Source: Candidatus Alloclostridium intestinigallinarum
GTDB lineage: Bacteria > Bacillota > Clostridia > Christensenellales > UBA3700
Direction of reading: 5' to 3'
Length of the DNA stretch: 64,000 nucleotides
NCBI GenBank assembly: GCA_904393845.1
Contig: CAJFNB010000002.1
Location: 638-64,637 of the forward strand
The position numbers and the translations under genes were made by a program. Each line of letters starts with the position of its first letter. The stretch's first letter is position 1. Below, one piece after another: positions 1 through 9,347 of the stretch. Below the pieces are notes generated by a model. The model had not been told where the DNA came from, did not search any database, and saw only the letters and a list, made by a program, of their open reading frames with translations.

Positions 1-265
1 GTTCGCCCTCCTCGTCGCCGAACACTTCCCCGCTGCGCATAAGAGTTTTTATGCCGGTAACCATCGAACCGAAAAAGCTGAGCACGCCGCGGATGACGGG
101 TATGCGGTAGAGAATATTTTTATCCTTGACAGGCTTTATATATCTGCTTTCGACCGCAATGCCGCCCTCTTCCAGGCGCACGGCGGTGGCAATGCTGCGC
201 TCGCCGCGCATCATCACTCCTTCGATGACTGCCTGTCCTCCGATTTTGCTGCTTCTTTTTCTCAT
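1..265 (-). CDS. DUF1385-family protein (YqhQ-like), N-terminal ~88 codons; gene continues past the left edge
   Basis: Absent from the ORF track because it is truncated. The minus-strand ATG at 265 gives MRKRSSKIGGQAVIEGVMMRGERSIATAVRLEEGGIAVESRYIKPVKDKNILYRIPVIRGVLSFFGSMV... The GGQAViEGVMMRG opening is the DUF1385 hallmark, and the family typically sits next to rpmE in Firmicutes. Confidence 0.6.
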   Translation of the reverse strand, partial: MRKRSSKIGGQAVIEGVMMRGERSIATAVRLEEGGIAVESRYIKPVKDKNILYRIPVIRGVLSFFGSMVTGIKTLMRSGEVFGDEEGE

Positions 266-324
266 ATACCTTTATTTTTATTCGCGCGCGGAATATAAAC
301 GAACAAGCGTATTGCTACGCTTGT

Positions 325-360
325 ACGAAAAATAAAGTGCAAAGAAAGCTCTTTGCACTT
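325..360 (-). terminator. Rho-independent terminator after rpmE
   Basis: 10-bp stem AAGTGCAAAG/CTTTGCACTT (335-344/351-360) with a 6-nt loop, followed on the minus strand by TATTTTTCG. It lies 12 nt after the rpmE stop. Confidence 0.65.
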
Positions 361-371
361 CGGCAAAATTC

Positions 372-581
372 CTACTTGTTGCGGTTGAAACGCTTGTTGA
401 ACTTCTCCACTCTGCCGCCGGAATCCACGAGCTTCTGCTTGCCGGTGAAATAAGGATGGCACTTGTTGCAGACTTCCACTTTGATCACGTCGCCTTTCTT
501 CGTGGTGCCGCAGACGAACTTGGAGCCGCAGGCGCACTCGAATACCGCGTCATGATATTCAGGCTGTATATTCTCGTTCAT
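372..581 (-). CDS. rpmE: 50S ribosomal protein L31 (zinc-ribbon type A)
   Basis: 69 aa. [22 protein letters not shown]...[14 protein letters not shown]...[11 protein letters not shown] is a textbook L31 with CxC...CxxC. SD GAGGTGA lies upstream. Confidence 0.95.
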   Translation of the reverse strand: MNENIQPEYHDAVFECACGSKFVCGTTKKGDVIKVEVCNKCHPYFTGKQKLVDSGGRVEKFNKRFNRNK

Positions 582-613
582 ATTATCACCTCTGAATCTT
601 TATTGCGTAGTCA

Positions 614-642
614 ATTATACATACTTTCGTAAGGCAAGTCAA
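614..642 (-). promoter_or_regulatory. Sigma-A type promoter for rpmE
   Basis: Minus strand reads TTGACT (642-637), 17-nt spacer, TATAAT (619-614), about 30 nt upstream of the rpmE ATG. Confidence 0.5.
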
Positions 643-705
643 GCATAAAAACGTTTTATTTGAAAAATTGTAAACGGGCGTGCGGAATAATTTTGGATTT
701 TCGCC

Positions 706-734
706 TTGATATTTGTCGGGAGAGGTGCTATAAT
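706..734 (+). promoter_or_regulatory. Sigma-A type promoter (extended -10) for the 761 gene
   Basis: TTGATA (706-711), 17-nt spacer, TGcTATAAT (726-734). SD AAGGAGA at 750-756 and ATG at 761. Confidence 0.5.
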
Positions 735-760
735 GTGTTTACGCGATACAAGGAGATTAT

Positions 761-1735
761 ATGAATTATTGGATTTTCGACGGCGATTGTAAGGTAAGAG
801 CGGCGGAGGAAAAGGACGCTTCCGACGCCGATTCGTGCGGCAAAGCGGGCGAATCCGCCGCCAAAGTAAAGATTATCCGCGCAAGCATAGACAACAGCGA
901 TATATACGCATACACGCGCGGCGGGGGTGAAAGCGTAGTGCCCTCCTCGTCCGCGACGGCGCTCGTGAGCCTGTGCCCTTCCGGCGAGTTCAAAAGCGGC
1001 CAGCGCGTTTTTCTTTCCAGCTACAGCAAGGTGAAGTCGGATACCCGCGGCATGGGGTATCTGCGCGACTACGCCTGCGTTCCCACGGATAACATATACG
1101 AACTTCCCGATTCCATCGCCGATAACGACGTCGTGTTTATCGACACCGTCGCCAAAGCCTGCAATCTTATAGACAAGCTGGACATCCGTCCTTCGCAGAC
1201 GGTGATTGTAAACGGTGTTTCCGTGATAAATCTCATCATCGCGCAGCTTTTGCGCTATCACCAGGCTCTGCCGATAATGATAGACAGCGACGACGACAAA
1301 CTCGCCCTGGCGCAGGATCTGGGCGTGGACTTCATTATCAACAGTTCGCAGGAAAACGTGCCTTATATGGTCAAAAGTTTTACCTCGGGTAAAATGGCGA
1401 ACGCGCTGGTGGTGGACCTGGACATTCTTTCCGATATGGACGAGCTGCCCTACTGTCTTGCCATGGGCGGCAAAATAGCCCTCGTGAACGCAAACAGCGC
1501 GGTAAAATGCTTCAAGATAGACTTTGTCAATATACTCAGCCGCGAACTTTCCATGTTCGGAATAAAGGACGGCGACGGCAAAGTTTCCATGGCGATAAAC
1601 CTGCTTGCCATGGACAAAGTAAAAGTATCCCCCCTGACAGGGGAAGTTGTGGGCTTTGCGCAAGTTCCCGAACTCATGCAGAAGATGGACGGGAAACTTT
1701 CGCCCAAAATGAATATAGTCAAATGTAATTGCTGA
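761..1735 (+). CDS. Medium-chain dehydrogenase/reductase (zinc-ADH-like) family protein, motifs degenerate
   Basis: 324 aa. The Rossmann half TVIVNGVSVINLIIAQLL...IMIDSDDDKLALAQDLGVDFIINSS follows the MDR pattern, but GxGxxG is replaced by NGVSVI. Confidence 0.55.
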   Translation: MNYWIFDGDCKVRAAEEKDASDADSCGKAGESAAKVKIIRASIDNSDIYAYTRGGGESVVPSSSATALVSLCPSGEFKSGQRVFLSSYSKVKSDTRGMGYLRDYACVPTDNIYELPDSIADNDVVFIDTVAKACNLIDKLDIRPSQTVIVNGVSVINLIIAQLLRYHQALPIMIDSDDDKLALAQDLGVDFIINSSQENVPYMVKSFTSGKMANALVVDLDILSDMDELPYCLAMGGKIALVNANSAVKCFKIDFVNILSRELSMFGIKDGDGKVSMAINLLAMDKVKVSPLTGEVVGFAQVPELMQKMDGKLSPKMNIVKCNC

Positions 1736-3077
1736 CTATATCCGCAACGCGCCACACGGTGCCTGCGCCCATTACGAGCAGTATATCCCCCGCCGACGTC
1801 TTGCCAAGCGCAAGCTCGGCGGCTTTTTTATAGTCGGCGGCGTAACTTGCGCGGGTATTGCCCAGCACCGCAAGACGACGGTAAAGGTCGTAGCCGCTCC
1901 CCGACGGAGTGTATTCCTCCCTTGCCTTGTACGCGGGAAGCACTATTACTTCGTCCGCAAGCGAAAGCGCGGATATGAATTCCTTCATAAGGGCGCGCGT
2001 CCGCGAAAACGTATGCGGCTCGAATACCGCGACCACCCGCTTTTTGCAACTCTGCCTGGCGGTGGCGATTGCCGCTTCTATCTCTCCCGGGTGGTGGGCG
2101 TAATCGTAAACGACGCTTGCACCCCCTGCCGTTTTCCCCTTGTGCTCGTACCTTCCTTTGACTCCGCCAAACGCGCTCAGCGCGCAGGCGCAGATATCGT
2201 CGCTTATCCCGCATTCCCCCGCAACCGCGTAAGCCGCAAGGCAGTTTGCGATATTGTGCTTGCCTTCCACTTTCATCTCCACAAACGCGCGCTTTACCCC
2301 GCACTTTGCCAGAAAGAAGGAATATCTGCCGCCCGAATACTTCACTTCCTCGGGATAAATGTCCGCGCCGCGCGTATAGCCGAAAGTAACCACCCTTCTT
2401 CCCGTCAGATTGAGCATTCTTTCCGCCGTGGCGGAACACACGATACAGCCGTCCTTCGACGTGTTTGCGATAAGCGCGTCGTACGCCGCCACCATATCGT
2501 CCATATCCCTGTAACAGTCGGGGTGGTCGAACTGCAAATTCAGAACCGCCGTAACATACGGCGACAGCGTGAGAAAACTGCGGTTGTATTCGCACGCTTC
2601 GGTCACAAACCATTCGTTTCCGCAACTGACGATTCCTCCCGTATTCCCCTTTACCGCGCCGCCTATATGTCCCGTAAACGACATTCCCGCCCGCGAAAAT
2701 ATTTCGCAGAGCATGGCGGTCACGGTGGTTTTGCCGTGCGTGCCAGATACCGCAACGGTCTTGTCAAATTTTTTCGACAGCAGCCCTAAGAATGCTTTTC
2801 TCTCCAAAGTGGGGATATGCTGCGCCCTTGCGGCGGCAAGCTGGGGGTGAAAATACGGAATTGCGGCGGAAAAGACGACCATATCGCACTCGCCGATAAA
2901 ATCGGTACAATCCGACGGCAGAATATGTACCCCGCTCCTCTTCAGGTCCTCAAGGTCAAGCCCCGCGGCGTCGTCGCTTCCGGAAACGAGTATTCCACGG
3001 GCGGCGCAAAAGCGCGCAAGCGCGCGCATACTGACTCCGCCCACTCCCACAAAATGAATATTTCTAACATTGTCCAT
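1719..3077 (-). CDS. murC: UDP-N-acetylmuramate--L-alanine ligase
   Basis: 452 aa. IHFVGVGGVSMRALA N-terminus, GTHGKTTVTAM P-loop, Mur-ligase C-terminal motifs (DYAHHPGEI). Confidence 0.95.
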   Translation of the reverse strand: MDNVRNIHFVGVGGVSMRALARFCAARGILVSGSDDAAGLDLEDLKRSGVHILPSDCTDFIGECDMVVFSAAIPYFHPQLAAARAQHIPTLERKAFLGLLSKKFDKTVAVSGTHGKTTVTAMLCEIFSRAGMSFTGHIGGAVKGNTGGIVSCGNEWFVTEACEYNRSFLTLSPYVTAVLNLQFDHPDCYRDMDDMVAAYDALIANTSKDGCIVCSATAERMLNLTGRRVVTFGYTRGADIYPEEVKYSGGRYSFFLAKCGVKRAFVEMKVEGKHNIANCLAAYAVAGECGISDDICACALSAFGGVKGRYEHKGKTAGGASVVYDYAHHPGEIEAAIATARQSCKKRVVAVFEPHTFSRTRALMKEFISALSLADEVIVLPAYKAREEYTPSGSGYDLYRRLAVLGNTRASYAADYKKAAELALGKTSAGDILLVMGAGTVWRVADIVSNYI

Positions 3078-3186
3078 ATCACATTATATGCCGCAAAAGG
3101 TCGTATTTTGAGTGATTATAATATAAAAAGGAATACGCTGTCCGTACCGCTACCGGCACGGGCGGAACAGCCGTTTCGCCGCCATG

Positions 3187-3218
3187 AATATAAAAGCGGC
3201 GGTAAAACTTACCGCCGC
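3187..3218 (-). terminator. Rho-independent terminator closing the sulfatase-to-kinase operon
   Basis: Stem GCGGCGGTAA/TTACCGCCGC (3196-3205/3209-3218) with a 3-nt loop, then TTTTATATT on the minus strand. It lies 28 nt after the kinase stop. Confidence 0.65.
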
Positions 3219-3245
3219 ACCCGGAAACGCAATTGCAAACAGCCC

Positions 3246-4802
3246 TTACAGCTTTTTGTTCTTGTTCATATTGTATATGTTGAAATATATGTGCCTTACG
3301 GAAGGATATATCTTCACGTACGCCTTTTCGTACAGCTCGCGGTAAATCGCGGCGTTTTTCGGGTCGGGGCTGAATATGTCTTTCAGGTGCACCATGTTTT
3401 CAACGGCTTCTTCCCTGCCGCTGAACAGACCGAGCGCGATAAAGCACGCCATAGAGGCTCCCAGACCGCTGGTTTCAAACGTCTGAACTCGGTAAACGTC
3501 CCTTCCGAATATGTCCGCGGCTATGCGGCACACGGCGTCGCTGGAAGAACCACCGCCCGAAAGGGCTATCCTCTTTACCTTTATACCCGCGCGGCGCTCC
3601 ATGTTTTCCAGCCCTTCGAGCAGCGCGAAATCTATGCCCTCAACTATCGCGCGGTACATATGGTGACGTGTGTGCATATCGGAAAATCCCATCATCAGTC
3701 CCCTTGCCTCGGGCGTGGTAAGACCCGGTCCCCAATAGGGCTGGACGAGAAGTCCCTTGCTACCCGGCGGAATCTGCTCCATATACTCGTCGAGCACCTT
3801 TTCCGCGATAACTCCGCGCTCTTTTGCTTCCTGCTGTTCGTGCAGGGCAAACTGCTCCCTGAACCAGCTGACCATCCAATAGCCGCGGAATATCTGTATT
3901 TCGGGATTGAATCTGTTCGGCGCAACCGCCGTATACGCCGGCATGAACGGGGTCGGCTCTACATATTTTTTCGTGGTTATCTGTACGGAAGCCGCCGTGC
4001 CGTAGGATACCGAAGCAACCGTGCCGTCTATCGCGCCCACGCCGAAGGTTTCACACGCCTTGTCCGCGCCCGAAGCCACGACGGGAATACCTTCCGGTAT
4101 GCCGCTTTCTTCCGCCGCCCGTGCGGTTATCCTGCCAATTACCGTGCACGGCTCGACGAGTTCGCACATTTTTTCCACGGGTGTGCCGAACACGGGGAAA
4201 GTAAGTCCGCGGGTGCTCATCCACGTCCTGCGGCGGTAATCGTAGGGGAATTTCGCCGCCTGACCCGCCTTGCTGTCCGCAAGACGTCCCGTGAGTTTGT
4301 AAGTATAGAAGGCGGAAGGCATGACTATCTTTGCCGTTTTCGCCCATACGTCGGGTTCGTTTACGCGCACCCAGTTGGTGTAACAGGTGCGGCGCTGTAC
4401 GTTCACCACTTCCTTCATGCCCGCTATGCCGTAAAGTATCCTGTTGAACAAAGGCAGCTTGTCCGGGCATTCCACTTCACGCTTGTCCAGCCAGAAAATG
4501 GCTTTCCTGCTCGGCTTGCAGTCCTTATCCAGAAATACGAGGGAATTCCTTATGGACGTAACGGAAACGGCGACGATGTCCTTCCACCTTTCGCCCAACT
4601 TCTCCTTCGCCTGCATGGATACGCTGCACATATCGCGCCATATGCTCTCGCAGTCCGCTTCCGCCTGCTGACTGCCGTCGGAAATATAAAGTTCGCCCTG
4701 TTTTTTAACTATGAGCACGGGATTGCCGCGGGTATCGAAAACCAGGGCGCGGGTTGCCTGCGTGCCTACGTCGAATATTAAAGCCAGCTCAGTTCCTTTC
4801 AT
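3246..4802 (-). CDS. FGGY-family carbohydrate kinase
   Basis: 518 aa. N-terminal LIFDVGTQATRALVFD (actin-fold phosphate-1 motif) and GADKACETFG / LSGGGSSS motifs typical of xylulokinase/glycerol-kinase relatives. Substrate not determinable. Confidence 0.85.
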   Translation of the reverse strand: MKGTELALIFDVGTQATRALVFDTRGNPVLIVKKQGELYISDGSQQAEADCESIWRDMCSVSMQAKEKLGERWKDIVAVSVTSIRNSLVFLDKDCKPSRKAIFWLDKREVECPDKLPLFNRILYGIAGMKEVVNVQRRTCYTNWVRVNEPDVWAKTAKIVMPSAFYTYKLTGRLADSKAGQAAKFPYDYRRRTWMSTRGLTFPVFGTPVEKMCELVEPCTVIGRITARAAEESGIPEGIPVVASGADKACETFGVGAIDGTVASVSYGTAASVQITTKKYVEPTPFMPAYTAVAPNRFNPEIQIFRGYWMVSWFREQFALHEQQEAKERGVIAEKVLDEYMEQIPPGSKGLLVQPYWGPGLTTPEARGLMMGFSDMHTRHHMYRAIVEGIDFALLEGLENMERRAGIKVKRIALSGGGSSSDAVCRIAADIFGRDVYRVQTFETSGLGASMACFIALGLFSGREEAVENMVHLKDIFSPDPKNAAIYRELYEKAYVKIYPSVRHIYFNIYNMNKNKKL

Positions 4803-4812
4803 AATTGCCTTT

Positions 4813-5745
4813 TCACAGATATTTGTAGATAAAACCGTCGGGTTTCGCCTCGTAACCCCTGAAAAACGCTATTCCATAGGTCACAGACATTACCACAGTA
4901 CTTATTATCGCACCTGCGGCGACGTCTGTCAAGTAGTGATCGCCGCTCATTATCCTGCCCAGCATACTGCACGCGATAAACAACACCGCAAGCACGGAAT
5001 AGATTATCCTGTATATCGGCTCGTCGTCGTTTATCCACAGCAGCGGCGCGAACATCAGAATACCCGCGCAGCACGCCGCATGACCGGAAAAGAAGGAATC
5101 GCCGTCGAAGGAGGAAACCGTGTACCATGCGGTAAATTCCGCTCCGTCCCATACCTCGTAAGGGCGCGCCCTGCCCCAAAGCAGTTTTACGCCTTCAGTA
5201 AGAACGACGATTATTAGGGCGGCTATAATGGTTGCTATCGCCCATTTTTTCCAGCTTTGCAGCTTTTCGGCGGATATGCGCGGAAAAATTATGGTCAACA
5301 GGGTGAATACCGCCACTCCCGCCATACCGCACATTGCCAGCGACATGAGCAGTTCGCTTGTTATCATGTCGAATACGTCCTTGAACATGAACGAAGCGCA
5401 CGCGACCCCGCCCAGGCAGTAAACGACCTTTCTTATTATATACCACGCAGCGGCGCCGCGCTCTTTCCTGACGGCGCGCGCCGGGGCTTCTCCGTCCTCC
5501 GCCGCGGTCATACTCCGCACGCTGTCGGGACGGCGCACGGTAAAAAACGCCGCCGCGCAGGCAAACGCCGCCGCCAGAAACAGAGGCATTTTCCCGATTG
5601 CTTCCGTGGTTACCGTGATTATTCCCTTTCCCGTATAGAGTTTTTCCGCAATCAATCCGTCATAAACCGATCCCGCCGCAAGAAGGGCGGCGAAAACCGC
5701 CAGCAATACCGCCTGGGCAATTATGCCGTATTTTCTCGTACTCAT
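4813..5745 (-). CDS. PAP2-superfamily membrane phosphatase
   Basis: 310 aa, polytopic. Tripartite PAP2 motif KLLWGRARP ... SFFSGHAA ... GRIMSGDHYLTDV. Confidence 0.8.
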   Translation of the reverse strand: MSTRKYGIIAQAVLLAVFAALLAAGSVYDGLIAEKLYTGKGIITVTTEAIGKMPLFLAAAFACAAAFFTVRRPDSVRSMTAAEDGEAPARAVRKERGAAAWYIIRKVVYCLGGVACASFMFKDVFDMITSELLMSLAMCGMAGVAVFTLLTIIFPRISAEKLQSWKKWAIATIIAALIIVVLTEGVKLLWGRARPYEVWDGAEFTAWYTVSSFDGDSFFSGHAACCAGILMFAPLLWINDDEPIYRIIYSVLAVLFIACSMLGRIMSGDHYLTDVAAGAIISTVVMSVTYGIAFFRGYEAKPDGFIYKYL

Positions 5746-6797
5746 TCTTCTCCTTTTTCCCGCGGCTTACCGCAATCGGCATCCGCGCCGCCATTGTCCG
5801 TTCCGTTTTGTGCGGACGTGTTTTCGACTTCTTCTCCCCCTTCGGCCGATCCGTCGGCAACCGCGGCGGTTTTTTCCTTAAAAGTAAACTCGTACTTGCC
5901 GTTTCTGAAGAACAGCCAGCGCGTGAGCACGAAGATAAGATACGTTATGTAGCCGCCCGCAAGCACGTCGGAAAGGAAGTGCGCGCAGTTGACTATTCTC
6001 GAAACCGCCACCAGGACGGTGAATATGAAACAACCCGTATTTATTACCGCCCTTGCGCGGAAGTTGTTCAGCCTGGGGAACACGTCGCACAGCGCCGCGA
6101 GAATAAATATATTCGCCGCCGAAGAGGTGTGTCCCGAAGGGAAAGATTTGTACGCTTCTTCCCCGTTGCCGATATTTACCACGTACCAGGGCGTGAAGCC
6201 TTCCGTAGTGCCTGCGGAAAGCATATCGCGGTATCTCATTCTGCCCCAAAGCATTTTCATTATCTGCATCACGATAAGCGCCGCAACCATGAATACGAGC
6301 GCGAAAAGCGCGAATTTCAGCAGTCTTTTCATCGTTTCGGGCTTTATCAGACTGCCCACCCAAAGCCCGAACGCTCCGCCGGCAAAACCGCCGAACACCG
6401 CGAACATGGTAAGTCCGGGGATTCCGTAGACGGCGTCTATCCTTCCGGGTTTGGTACCCGCGTATATCCACATAAAATAACCCAGCCAGCTGAGCGCAAG
6501 ACCGAATATCCGCATGAAAATGCGCGCGCGTCTATCTTTGAAGTTCGCCGCATTGTAGAAGAATACCGGCGCGCAGAAAGGCAGAACCAGATAGGACGGC
6601 CATTCCCCGACCACCTCGAAGAAGGTGCCGAAGAGGTTGTTCATGTCGCCTATCGCCTGACTTATCTGCAAGTCGTAAAACGCCGCTACCGCCATGAGCC
6701 CCGCAAATCCGAAAAACGAGGCTATGTTAAGACCGATATAAAGCCTGCTTCTGAACTTTGCGTCGTTGAGTTTGCCTGTGAGAGATACGTTGTCCAT
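5742..6797 (-). CDS. PAP2-superfamily membrane phosphatase (paralogue)
   Basis: 351 aa, polytopic. KMLWGRMRYRD ... SFPSGHTSSAA ... SRIVNCAHFLSDV. 4-nt overlap with the downstream PAP2 gene. Confidence 0.8.
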   Translation of the reverse strand: MDNVSLTGKLNDAKFRSRLYIGLNIASFFGFAGLMAVAAFYDLQISQAIGDMNNLFGTFFEVVGEWPSYLVLPFCAPVFFYNAANFKDRRARIFMRIFGLALSWLGYFMWIYAGTKPGRIDAVYGIPGLTMFAVFGGFAGGAFGLWVGSLIKPETMKRLLKFALFALVFMVAALIVMQIMKMLWGRMRYRDMLSAGTTEGFTPWYVVNIGNGEEAYKSFPSGHTSSAANIFILAALCDVFPRLNNFRARAVINTGCFIFTVLVAVSRIVNCAHFLSDVLAGGYITYLIFVLTRWLFFRNGKYEFTFKEKTAAVADGSAEGGEEVENTSAQNGTDNGGADADCGKPREKGEE

Positions 6798-6843
6798 ATT
6801 TTCACCTTATGCGGCAAAGCCGCCCCGTTATTCTGCGTTAAAC

Positions 6844-8070
6844 TTATTCCTGCTTATCGTCGCAGACGCCGAACAGTTCCCGTTCGCTTTCGGCGGCTTC
6901 ACGCGCTTCGCGTTCGGCAGCTTTCTTCGCGTTCACCTTTTTGGCTACGACTGCGGCGACTGCAATTATCACCGCGCACAGCGCAAGAACTCCCGCGACA
7001 GTGCCGGCTATCTCGCCCGCGCTCATTACCTTGCCGTCGGCGTTTTCGGTAGCGTAGTCGAACAGTTCGTTATTCCTTTCTACGGCTTTATTCGTCGTAA
7101 ACGCGTTTACGTAATCCGCCATAATATAGCCGCTCTCTTCCTCGTCGTAGGCAAAGTACACGTCCGCGTCATATATGTTGTCCAACGACAAGACCATGGA
7201 AAAATTATACCTTTCCAGAATGGAAATGCTCTTTATATGTCCGTCTGCCCACATTTCAAAGTCCATTTCAAGCGATTCGTACCTTACGTTTCCTCCGCCC
7301 TGCTTAGCAAGATTCAACTCGAGAAGACGCAGATAGTCCTGTGTGACGACGTCGTTTGCGAATACGACGGAAAAAGCGTAAACACCCTCCTCTTCGTCAT
7401 ACACCGGCTCGGTGGCGGACTGCACGCACCCGTCCACAAGCGCGTTAGCCGCCGTGTCGTAAATGTTGTAGGTAAACACTTTCGTGGGATCGTTGCATAC
7501 TTCCGTGTTGTATCTTTCCAGATCCGTGCCGTAGTCCGTATATTCGAACCGAGCGCCTTCGGCTACCCTGACCATTCCGATATCGTCGTTGAATGAAAGC
7601 GCGTTGCCCGAAACTGTGCGGTAATTTATGTTTCCTCCGTTCACGACAGCCTCTTCTATTCTCCTGCTGCCCGACACCGCGCCAGCCGAGATAACCAGGT
7701 GGTAAGCCTGCGACGCGAGCGGATCGTTCTCCGAATACACTCCCTTCCTTATCTTATACCCGTCTATATACTGCTGGTTGAAGGCAATTTCCGTTCCGGG
7801 CGGCGTGGTTGTATTCGTGCTGTAATTTTCGGAAACGACGTAGGGAGCGGCGTAATAGTTGTAAAAGCCGACCTCCATCATCTCTTCCGCGGACATATCG
7901 GAACTTATGCCCTTTGCGGCGTCCGCTTCCGGCGCGCCCATATTGCGTACCGACGATACCAGATCTTCCAGATTATCCGAACGCTCGGCGCAAGCGGAAA
8001 ACGCCAGCCCCGCCGCCATTACGGCAGTTACTAAAAGCGCCGCAAGCACGTTTTTTCTTTGCTTTTTCAT
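6844..8070 (-). CDS. Hypothetical envelope protein with lipoprotein-type signal peptide and C-terminal TM anchor
   Basis: 408 aa. MKKQRKNVLAALLVTAVMAAGLAFSAC (probable lipobox). C-terminus GTVAGVLALCAVIIAVAAVVAKKVNAKK then an acidic tail. SD AAGGGGAA. ATGA overlap with the sulfatase stop. No family recognised. Confidence 0.6.
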   Translation of the reverse strand: MKKQRKNVLAALLVTAVMAAGLAFSACAERSDNLEDLVSSVRNMGAPEADAAKGISSDMSAEEMMEVGFYNYYAAPYVVSENYSTNTTTPPGTEIAFNQQYIDGYKIRKGVYSENDPLASQAYHLVISAGAVSGSRRIEEAVVNGGNINYRTVSGNALSFNDDIGMVRVAEGARFEYTDYGTDLERYNTEVCNDPTKVFTYNIYDTAANALVDGCVQSATEPVYDEEEGVYAFSVVFANDVVTQDYLRLLELNLAKQGGGNVRYESLEMDFEMWADGHIKSISILERYNFSMVLSLDNIYDADVYFAYDEEESGYIMADYVNAFTTNKAVERNNELFDYATENADGKVMSAGEIAGTVAGVLALCAVIIAVAAVVAKKVNAKKAAEREAREAAESERELFGVCDDKQE

Positions 8071-9347
8071 ATATTCCCCTTAAACAGCCGCCTTTTGATG
8101 ACGGGCGCGCTTTCTCCCGCTTTAAGCATTTCCCTCACGAGCAGTCCGCGCAGTTTCTCCTTCTCTTTCGCATAAGCGGGGCTGTTTATGAGATTGTGTC
8201 TTTCGCCCCTGTCCTTTTCCCTGTCGTACAGATAGTCGTCCCTGTACTTATCCGTCGAATAGTTGAGTCCTGACGAAATGCTGTAAGTGTACTTCTCTGT
8301 AATCACGCATCTGCCGTTATGGCTTTCGCTTATCTGCGCGAATACGCAGTCGCGTTCGGTTCCCGACTGCAATGCAATGCCGTCGAAATTTTCAGGCACG
8401 TCTATTCCCGCCGCCGTAAGAAGCGTGGGCGGCAGGTCAATCAGGCTGACAAGTCTGTCCGTCCTGCCCATATCCTTATATGCCCCGCCAGAAACGATGA
8501 GCGGTATGTGCGTGGACCCTTCGTGACAGGAACGCTTGTATTCCAGATTCCTCGTCATAAAGTGGCAGCCGTGGTCGGAAGTATAGACGATAAGCGTATT
8601 TTCGTACAGTCCGGACGATTTAAGTTCGTCAACTATCCTCTTCACGTTTTCGTCAAGCGACTTGCAGCAGCCCAGATAGTCCGCGTAATTGCGCTTGTAA
8701 TTGCCCCTGAGACCCTTCAGATCCTCCGGTATGGGATAATTTTCAAACTGTTTTTCGTAACCGGGCGGACATTCGAACCTGAACGACGTGTTCTGGTGGT
8801 GCGGTTCCAAATACGAAATAAACAGGAAAAACGGTTTATCGTGCCCGCCGCGCAGATAATCAAGAGCAAAGTCCGTCATTCTGTCGGCGCGCACGCCTTC
8901 GAACTTCACTTCCCTGCAATCGTTATCCCACAGTACGCCTCTGCTCCCGTTGGACGAAAACTCCAGCAAATCCGCCGCAAGCCAGTACTTGTAGCCGCCG
9001 CGCAGATTTTCCGGCACGCCCTTCTTTTTGTACTGCATTCCCCTGGAAGCAAGATGCCATTTGCCTATATACGCCGTATCGTAACCGGCGGCATTGAAAA
9101 GGTCGGCGATATGCACGTCCGTTTCGCGCATGGGTATGCCGTTTTCTATGCAGCCGTTTTTGGTGGCGTACATACCCGTTTGCAGACACGCTCTCGCCGG
9201 TCCGCACACGGGCTGGCAGGTATACACGTTGGTGAAATCAGCTCCGTCCCGCGCAAGCTCCGTTAAATTGGGCGTGACTTCGGAATTTATCGTATCCGCC
9301 CTCTGCTGGTCGCTGAAAATAAAAACTATGTTGGGTTTTTCGCTCAT
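8067..9347 (-). CDS. Cys-type sulfatase-family protein, no signal peptide
   Basis: 426 aa. NIVFIFSDQQRAD opening and the formylglycine signature C48-G-P-A-R-A-C-L-Q-T-G (CxPxRxxLxTG). Confidence 0.85.
   Translation of the reverse strand: MSEKPNIVFIFSDQQRADTINSEVTPNLTELARDGADFTNVYTCQPVCGPARACLQTGMYATKNGCIENGIPMRETDVHIADLFNAAGYDTAYIGKWHLASRGMQYKKKGVPENLRGGYKYWLAADLLEFSSNGSRGVLWDNDCREVKFEGVRADRMTDFALDYLRGGHDKPFFLFISYLEPHHQNTSFRFECPPGYEKQFENYPIPEDLKGLRGNYKRNYADYLGCCKSLDENVKRIVDELKSSGLYENTLIVYTSDHGCHFMTRNLEYKRSCHEGSTHIPLIVSGGAYKDMGRTDRLVSLIDLPPTLLTAAGIDVPENFDGIALQSGTERDCVFAQISESHNGRCVITEKYTYSISSGLNYSTDKYRDDYLYDREKDRGERHNLINSPAYAKEKEKLRGLLVREMLKAGESAPVIKRRLFKGNI

Noticed and set aside
126-537. Track ORFs 126..335 (plus) and 262..537 (minus).
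   Set aside because: They overlap the DUF1385 N-terminus, the rpmE terminator and rpmE itself in wrong frames. They have no SD and no motifs.
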